NCBI GenBank assembly: GCA_902787305.1
Contig: CADAFS010000002.1
Coordinates: 31,449-95,448 of the forward strand
DNA length: 64,000 bases
From: an uncultured Pseudomonadota bacterium
Lineage (GTDB): Bacteria > Pseudomonadota > Alphaproteobacteria > Rs-D84
Reading direction: 5' to 3'
A model generated the notes under the pieces. It was given only the letters and a program-made list of their open reading frames with translations, was not told the origin of the DNA and ran no database searches. This document shows positions 59,099-64,000 of the stretch, in pieces. A program made the position numbers and the translations under genes. Position 1 is the first letter of the stretch. Each line of letters begins with the position of its first letter.

Positions 59099-59991
59099 TT
59101 TTGTATTTCCAATATAATTTTGAACAATGAAATTTCCGGTTCCAAATTCACACGTGCAATATCCGCGATTGCCCGTGTTGCGGTCGGATAAAGTTCCGCC
59201 AAATTAAAGTGTGCGATTACATCCAACAAAATTCCATAAAGTTCCGGATTTGGCGCAATTTGCCGTGCAAGGTTCATCGCGTCCGATTGGGTCGCGTATT
59301 TATTCGTTACAAATTCAATCAAACTTTCGTATATTGCATCGCCACCCGATTGCTTTATGTTTGCGATACGGCCAAATGACCCGTTGGCAAGTTGCAATGT
59401 TTCATCATCAATAACGTCGTCCGGCATAAACCGCGCACAAAGTCGCCGCAAATCAGAAATCGACAGTGGCCGCATCTTTTCCACGCGCGCACGCGAACGG
59501 ACGGTGGGCAGGACACTGGACAACTGGTGCGTGACGAGTAAGAATAGTGTCTTGGCCGGCGGTTCTTCCAATAATTTCAATATCGCGTTCGCCGCCGCAG
59601 TGGTCAGCGCATCCACGGAATCGATCAGCACCACACGCCACCCGCCCGACATGGACGAAAGTTGCATTTTCTCGATAGTCGCGCGCACCGTATAGACCGA
59701 TATGGATTTGCCGTCCGATTTAACCCGCCCGTCTTTATCAATATTTCGGTCCATGTCGATTATAAAAAAGTCGCCGACATTGCCATAGACCATGCGCGCA
59801 ATTTGATACGAGAGTGTCGCCTTGCCAATGCCGCGCGGGCCGCACAGCATCCATACGGGGTGCAACGGATGCGTGTCGCGATTTTGCCACGCATCCATAA
59901 ACGCGCGCAGTGTTGCATCATGTCCGATTGTGCTATTATTATCCATCGGATGCGGAAATTCGTAAACAGGTATGCTTGATTTACGTGCCAT
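59089..59991 (-). CDS. holB: DNA polymerase III delta' subunit-like AAA+ protein
   Basis: HPVWMLCGPRGIGKATLSYQIARMV (Walker A-like clamp-loader box), SRC-like SRARV motif region. 300 aa. Adjacent to tatD as in many bacteria. Confidence 0.7.
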   Translation of the reverse strand: MARKSSIPVYEFPHPMDNNSTIGHDATLRAFMDAWQNRDTHPLHPVWMLCGPRGIGKATLSYQIARMVYGNVGDFFIIDMDRNIDKDGRVKSDGKSISVYTVRATIEKMQLSSMSGGWRVVLIDSVDALTTAAANAILKLLEEPPAKTLFLLVTHQLSSVLPTVRSRARVEKMRPLSISDLRRLCARFMPDDVIDDETLQLANGSFGRIANIKQSGGDAIYESLIEFVTNKYATQSDAMNLARQIAPNPELYGILLDVIAHFNLAELYPTATRAIADIARVNLEPEISLFKIILEIQKCL

Positions 59992-59992
59992 C

Positions 59993-61168
59993 TTAACGCC
60001 CCGTCAACATTGTGACAATGTTACGCCATGCTCGACCAAAAAAACGCACACGACGAACATCAGATTTTGCAACCAAATTGGTTCGCGCGATAACATTACC
60101 GTCACGTTCGGCGATAACCTGGCCCAACACGTCGCCGGCATGAATTGGTGCGGGCATCGGGTCGGTGTACCGCGCAAGCACGCGAACACCGTTCAAACCA
60201 TTTTCCTTTGGCATGGTAATTGCAAATGTCCGGTCAACCGTTGCGATAACCGTATCGTCACGCCCGTACCAGACCGGCACCGCCGTCACATCGTCACCCG
60301 GACGATAGAAAACCCGTGTCATTGTTGTATTAAACCCATGGTTCAGCAACGATTTCATTTCCGCCGCCAATGCATCGTGCCCCTTGCCATGAAAGCCATT
60401 TACAACACCGATTAAACGGCGGCCACCGGCGATCGCACTTGCCACCATGCCGTATCCGCCCTTGTCCGTGTGTCCGGTTTTAAGGCCGTCCGCGCCCGGC
60501 ATAATGAACAGCAGTTTATTATAATTCACCGTGTGCGTTTTGCCCCAATCGCGACACCAATCGGTTTTATATTCGCCGAATTCAAACCGCCGCGTTGCAA
60601 ACATCGGATACAAATCCGGATAATCCGAAATTATATGATATGCAAGTGTGGCAAGTTCGCGACTTGTCATCAAATTTTTTTCATTGGGCAAACCACTTGC
60701 ATTGCCAAAGGTTGATGCCGGCATGCCAATCGCGCGCGCCTTGGCCGTCATCATATCGGTAAATTTTTCCTCTGTTCCCGCCAATTTTTCCGCAACGACG
60801 ACGGACGCGTCACCGCCCGACAAAACAATCAGCCCCAAAATCAGGTCGCGAACGGAAATATCCTGGCCGGCGGAAAGGCAAATCTTGCTTGCCGGGTACC
60901 AAACCGGATCCTGGTAATCCGCGTTTTTACCGACCGGAAAACGGTCATCCAAAGATATTTGACCGGATTTTACCCCGTCAAACAAAACAGCCAATGTCAT
61001 CAGTTTCAACATTGACGACGGTGGCATAAGTTCATCCGCAGATTTAGATACAATTTCCGCCCCTGAATCATAGTCCATCAAAAATACGGATTTTGCCTTG
61101 GTTTTATATTCCGCAAATGCCGGTGTGGCGCAAAGAATCAATAAAAATGCGAAGATTTTTTGTTTCAT
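59993..61168 (-). CDS. dacA: D-alanyl-D-alanine carboxypeptidase (serine-type, PBP5/6 family)
   Basis: Signal peptide. SMLK (SxxK), LSGGDA (SxN-like), KTG triad. Confidence 0.75.
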   Translation of the reverse strand: MKQKIFAFLLILCATPAFAEYKTKAKSVFLMDYDSGAEIVSKSADELMPPSSMLKLMTLAVLFDGVKSGQISLDDRFPVGKNADYQDPVWYPASKICLSAGQDISVRDLILGLIVLSGGDASVVVAEKLAGTEEKFTDMMTAKARAIGMPASTFGNASGLPNEKNLMTSRELATLAYHIISDYPDLYPMFATRRFEFGEYKTDWCRDWGKTHTVNYNKLLFIMPGADGLKTGHTDKGGYGMVASAIAGGRRLIGVVNGFHGKGHDALAAEMKSLLNHGFNTTMTRVFYRPGDDVTAVPVWYGRDDTVIATVDRTFAITMPKENGLNGVRVLARYTDPMPAPIHAGDVLGQVIAERDGNVIARTNLVAKSDVRRVRFFGRAWRNIVTMLTGR

Positions 61169-61275
61169 GATGCATGTATAATAACAATATCCTTTCGCTT
61201 TTCAAACGATTTTTTTAATTTGCTTTTTATATTTTATGGGAATAGAATGCAACGGCAAAAAAAAAGGGGGCGGAT

Positions 61276-62160
61276 ATGTTTGATACGGAAAAATTAAAAT
61301 CTTTTTCTTGGATAAATGTTGGAAACCCCGATCATGATGATTTTGAAAAACTGCAAGACGAATACAAGATTGATGAAGATACCATTTCCGACATTTTAGA
61401 CCCCGACGAACAACCACGCATAGAGGTTGAAGATGATTACAAGGTTATAATTGTCCGCTTTCCCATTGTTAACCGCGAAACCGATACGCAATGGCACACG
61501 GAACCGTTGTCCATTATTTATTCGACAAATCGCGTTATTACCGTTTGCCGCAAACGGTGCGATATTTTGGATAAGATAAAGAAATCTGAAAAAACATCGC
61601 GCGAAGAATTTATTTTGAACATTATGTATTATATCGCGGAATCTTACCTGCGGTGCCTCAAAGAACTGAACCGCCGCGTGGTGGAATCCAAGAAAAATCT
61701 GCAACAGCAAATAAGAAAGCGCGAATTGCTGTCATTACTCGACGTGGAAAACAGTTATACACTTTATATGACCGGATTAAAGGGCAACCTTTCGGTGTTG
61801 GATAAATTGGAAAAGGTGCGCGGGTTTGCAAAAACCGATGAATGCGTGGAATTGGTGGAAGATTCGCGGATTGAATTGTCCCAGGGCATAGAGGTCGTGA
61901 CCAGTTATACGAAAATGCTAAAATCCATCAAGGAAACATTTGAAAGCGTCATCAATATGGATTCAAACACATATATTAACCGCCTTACTATGTGGAACAT
62001 TATTTTAATGTTGCCTACATTGGTTGTGGGATATTATGGGATGAATGTTGCCCTGCCCTTTGCGGAACATGGTGATACCGGGGTTGTTATTTTTGCACTT
62101 ATTATGGCGTTGCTTTTGGGGTATGCGCTGTTTATATTCATTCGCCGCCGGATTGTTTAA
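61276..62160 (+). CDS. corA: Magnesium/cobalt transporter CorA family
   Basis: C-terminal two TM helices with YGMN motif (GYYGMNVALPF). Confidence 0.8.
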   Translation: MFDTEKLKSFSWINVGNPDHDDFEKLQDEYKIDEDTISDILDPDEQPRIEVEDDYKVIIVRFPIVNRETDTQWHTEPLSIIYSTNRVITVCRKRCDILDKIKKSEKTSREEFILNIMYYIAESYLRCLKELNRRVVESKKNLQQQIRKRELLSLLDVENSYTLYMTGLKGNLSVLDKLEKVRGFAKTDECVELVEDSRIELSQGIEVVTSYTKMLKSIKETFESVINMDSNTYINRLTMWNIILMLPTLVVGYYGMNVALPFAEHGDTGVVIFALIMALLLGYALFIFIRRRIV

Positions 62161-62711
62161 TTTAATGCGGCAAGGATTCTTGCAAAGTTTTTATCCGCAT
62201 CCGGGTCGGTCACGTCAATATCGGAAAACTTTATTCCGGGTGCGGTTCGCAACCATTCGATTGCCGGCATGGTTATACGCCAAAAATTATCCAACCGACG
62301 ACGAACAATGGCGATGTCCGCATCGTCCGCGCGGTTGCCACCTTCACGCACGCGTTTTTCTATGCGGGCAATCATGACCGATTCCGGCACATTAAGGTAT
62401 ATCACACGAATATCGAATTTATCCGAATAATTTTCGACAATCCATTTTGCCTGGCCTACGGTCCTTGGGAAACCGTCAAGGATCATGTCGGAATCCGTAT
62501 TAAAATGTGTGGCAAGCAATTCAAATAAATCACCGTCCGCCACCAATTCGCCACGCGCGATAATCCCGGCAAGTTTCGATTCCGGTGGCAACGCGCGCAA
62601 TATCGCACCCGTTTCAATGTATTCGTATTTCCCGCGTTCCATAAGCATTCGCGCAAATGTGCCCTTGCCCACACCTTGGCCCCCCATCAAAAGAATCATT
62701 TTTGGTTTCAT
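62157..62711 (-). CDS. adk: Adenylate kinase
   Basis: LLMGGQGVGKGT P-loop, DGFPRT NMP-binding motif. Short LID variant. Start taken at MKPKMILL. Confidence 0.85.
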   Translation of the reverse strand: MKPKMILLMGGQGVGKGTFARMLMERGKYEYIETGAILRALPPESKLAGIIARGELVADGDLFELLATHFNTDSDMILDGFPRTVGQAKWIVENYSDKFDIRVIYLNVPESVMIARIEKRVREGGNRADDADIAIVRRRLDNFWRITMPAIEWLRTAPGIKFSDIDVTDPDADKNFARILAALN

Positions 62712-62744
62712 TATATTTCCTTTTTTTATCACGGTCATTATACC

Positions 62745-62790
62745 ACAAAAAAATCCCCATAGCCATGGGGATTTGTAATTTTTTTGAAAA
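62745..62790 (-). terminator. rpsA terminator (atccccatggctatggggat + T-run on minus strand)
   Basis: Hairpin between rpsA stop and adk start. Confidence 0.65.
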
Positions 62791-62801
62791 ACGTCGCAAG
62801 A

Positions 62802-64000
62802 TTATTTCTTGCTGTTTTCAATGGCGGCACCAAGAATATCGCCAAGGACGGAACCACTGTCGGCCTCGTTCGCGTATTCTTTGACCGCTTGCTTTTCAAG
62901 TGTCACCTGAAGCGCGCGGATGGACAATTTAACATTGTTACCTTCCACGGATACCACAGATGCCTCTACCGTGTCACCAACCTTGAACTTGGATGTATCC
63001 TGTTCTGATTTTTCACGCGACAAATCGGTACGGCGGATTGTGCCCTTAATATCGTTCGGCAAATCCAAAATCAATTCGTCGGGTGTGACCGCGGAAACCG
63101 TCCCGGACAAAACCGCACCTTTCTTGATAGATGCCGCGTTATTGTCCGCGCCCGCCGTCAATTGTTTAATACCCAATGTGACACGTTCTTTTTCCGGATT
63201 GATGTCCAAGATTTTCGCCGTCACTTCTTGGCCACGAACGAATTTTTTCAATTCTTCTTCGTCAAGGCGATTCCAAGACAAATCGGAAATGTGAACCATA
63301 CCGTCCAATTCCGGTGTCAGCGCCACAAACAACCCAAATTCGGTTGTATTCTTAATCGGCCCGGTGATAACATCGCCGACATTGTGGGTTTCGGCAAATT
63401 GCTTCCACGGGTTTGGTTGCAATTGTTTATATCCCAATGAAATACGGCGTTTTTCTTGGTCGATATCAAGGACCATGACGTTGACTTCCTGGCCATTTTG
63501 AAGAACCTTGGACGGGTGGATATTTTTGTTTGTCCATGAAAGTTCGGACATGTGGACCAAACCTTCGATATTGTTCCCCAGGTCGATAAACGCGCCGTAA
63601 TCGGTGACCGATGAAACCTTGCCAGTGACGGTATCGCCAACATTGAATGCGCGCGATGCGGTTTCCCACGGGTCTTCTTCCAATTGTTTCGCCCCCAGTG
63701 AAATACGATGCGTTTCCGGGTCGAATTGGATAACCTTGACCTTTATTTTTTCGCCAACATGCACCAATTCACGCGGATGATTCACACGTTTCCAAGACAA
63801 ATCGGTCACGTGCAGCAAACCATCAATACCACCCAAATCGATAAACACGCCGTAATCGGTGATGTTTTTAACCGTCCCTTCCAAAACCGCGCCAAGTTCG
63901 ATGTTCTTTAATGCCTCTTTCTGGGCGGCGGCGATTGTATCAGATTGTATCGCGCGACGGGAAACAATTGCGTTTGTGCGCAAAGCATCCATTTTTAACA
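62802..64000 (-). CDS. rpsA: 30S ribosomal protein S1, C-terminal ~396 aa (gene continues beyond window end)
   Basis: Repeated S1 domains (GxV.G.V..I.dfGaFV.l). ORF open to window edge. Confidence 0.9.
   Translation of the reverse strand, partial: LKMDALRTNAIVSRRAIQSDTIAAAQKEALKNIELGAVLEGTVKNITDYGVFIDLGGIDGLLHVTDLSWKRVNHPRELVHVGEKIKVKVIQFDPETHRISLGAKQLEEDPWETASRAFNVGDTVTGKVSSVTDYGAFIDLGNNIEGLVHMSELSWTNKNIHPSKVLQNGQEVNVMVLDIDQEKRRISLGYKQLQPNPWKQFAETHNVGDVITGPIKNTTEFGLFVALTPELDGMVHISDLSWNRLDEEELKKFVRGQEVTAKILDINPEKERVTLGIKQLTAGADNNAASIKKGAVLSGTVSAVTPDELILDLPNDIKGTIRRTDLSREKSEQDTSKFKVGDTVEASVVSVEGNNVKLSIRALQVTLEKQAVKEYANEADSGSVLGDILGAAIENSKK

Overview
This 64-kb window looks like an alphaproteobacterial chromosome, possibly from an intracellular or symbiont-like lineage; this is inferred from gene content such as AddA, DUF1013, rpoD with a long N-terminus, and XerC/D, and no taxonomy search was possible. 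The housekeeping backbone includes rplY, dnaK, gdh, pfk, the rpsP-rimM-trmD-rplS operon, tsaD, xseA, recN, addA, rpoD, cysS, nagZ, xerC/D, trpS, rpsD, a P-type ATPase, rpoZ, mtaB-like, smpB, tatD, holB, dacA-like, corA, adk and a partial rpsA. There are two tRNAs, both on the minus strand: tRNA-Gly(CCC) and tRNA-Ser(GGA). No rRNA genes or CRISPR arrays were seen. The main accessory feature is a ~15-kb AT-rich island inserted at the 3' end of tRNA-Gly (~6.1-21.2 kb). It is bounded by a tyrosine integrase next to the tRNA at one end and two short direct repeats of the tRNA 3' end at the other. It carries (i) a C5-cytosine methyltransferase with a BfiI/NgoAVII-like PLD-family restriction endonuclease, (ii) a 1601-aa Pmp-like autotransporter with GGA[I/L] and FxxN repeats, (iii) a DUF3768-like protein, a HUH-motif Rep-like protein and small ORFs, (iv) a second, overlapping three-gene operon of an unknown 377-aa protein, a second C5-MTase and a 62-aa protein, and (v) a MarR-like regulator. 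A dispersed ~25-30 bp repeat family (core TTAGTGTAAGTGGTTAGTGA) occurs at >=9 intergenic sites, usually as inverted pairs around GC-rich terminator hairpins. Twice these pairs bracket AT-rich cargo genes (3046-3729 and 28866-29889), which looks MITE-like. Other oddities are two Cys-rich ORFs inserted in the rpsP-rimM-trmD-rplS operon, an addA split into two overlapping ORFs with no adjacent addB, palindromic repeat clusters at 49.45-49.61 kb and 57.18-57.48 kb, and a divergent guanylate-kinase-like gene beside rpoD.
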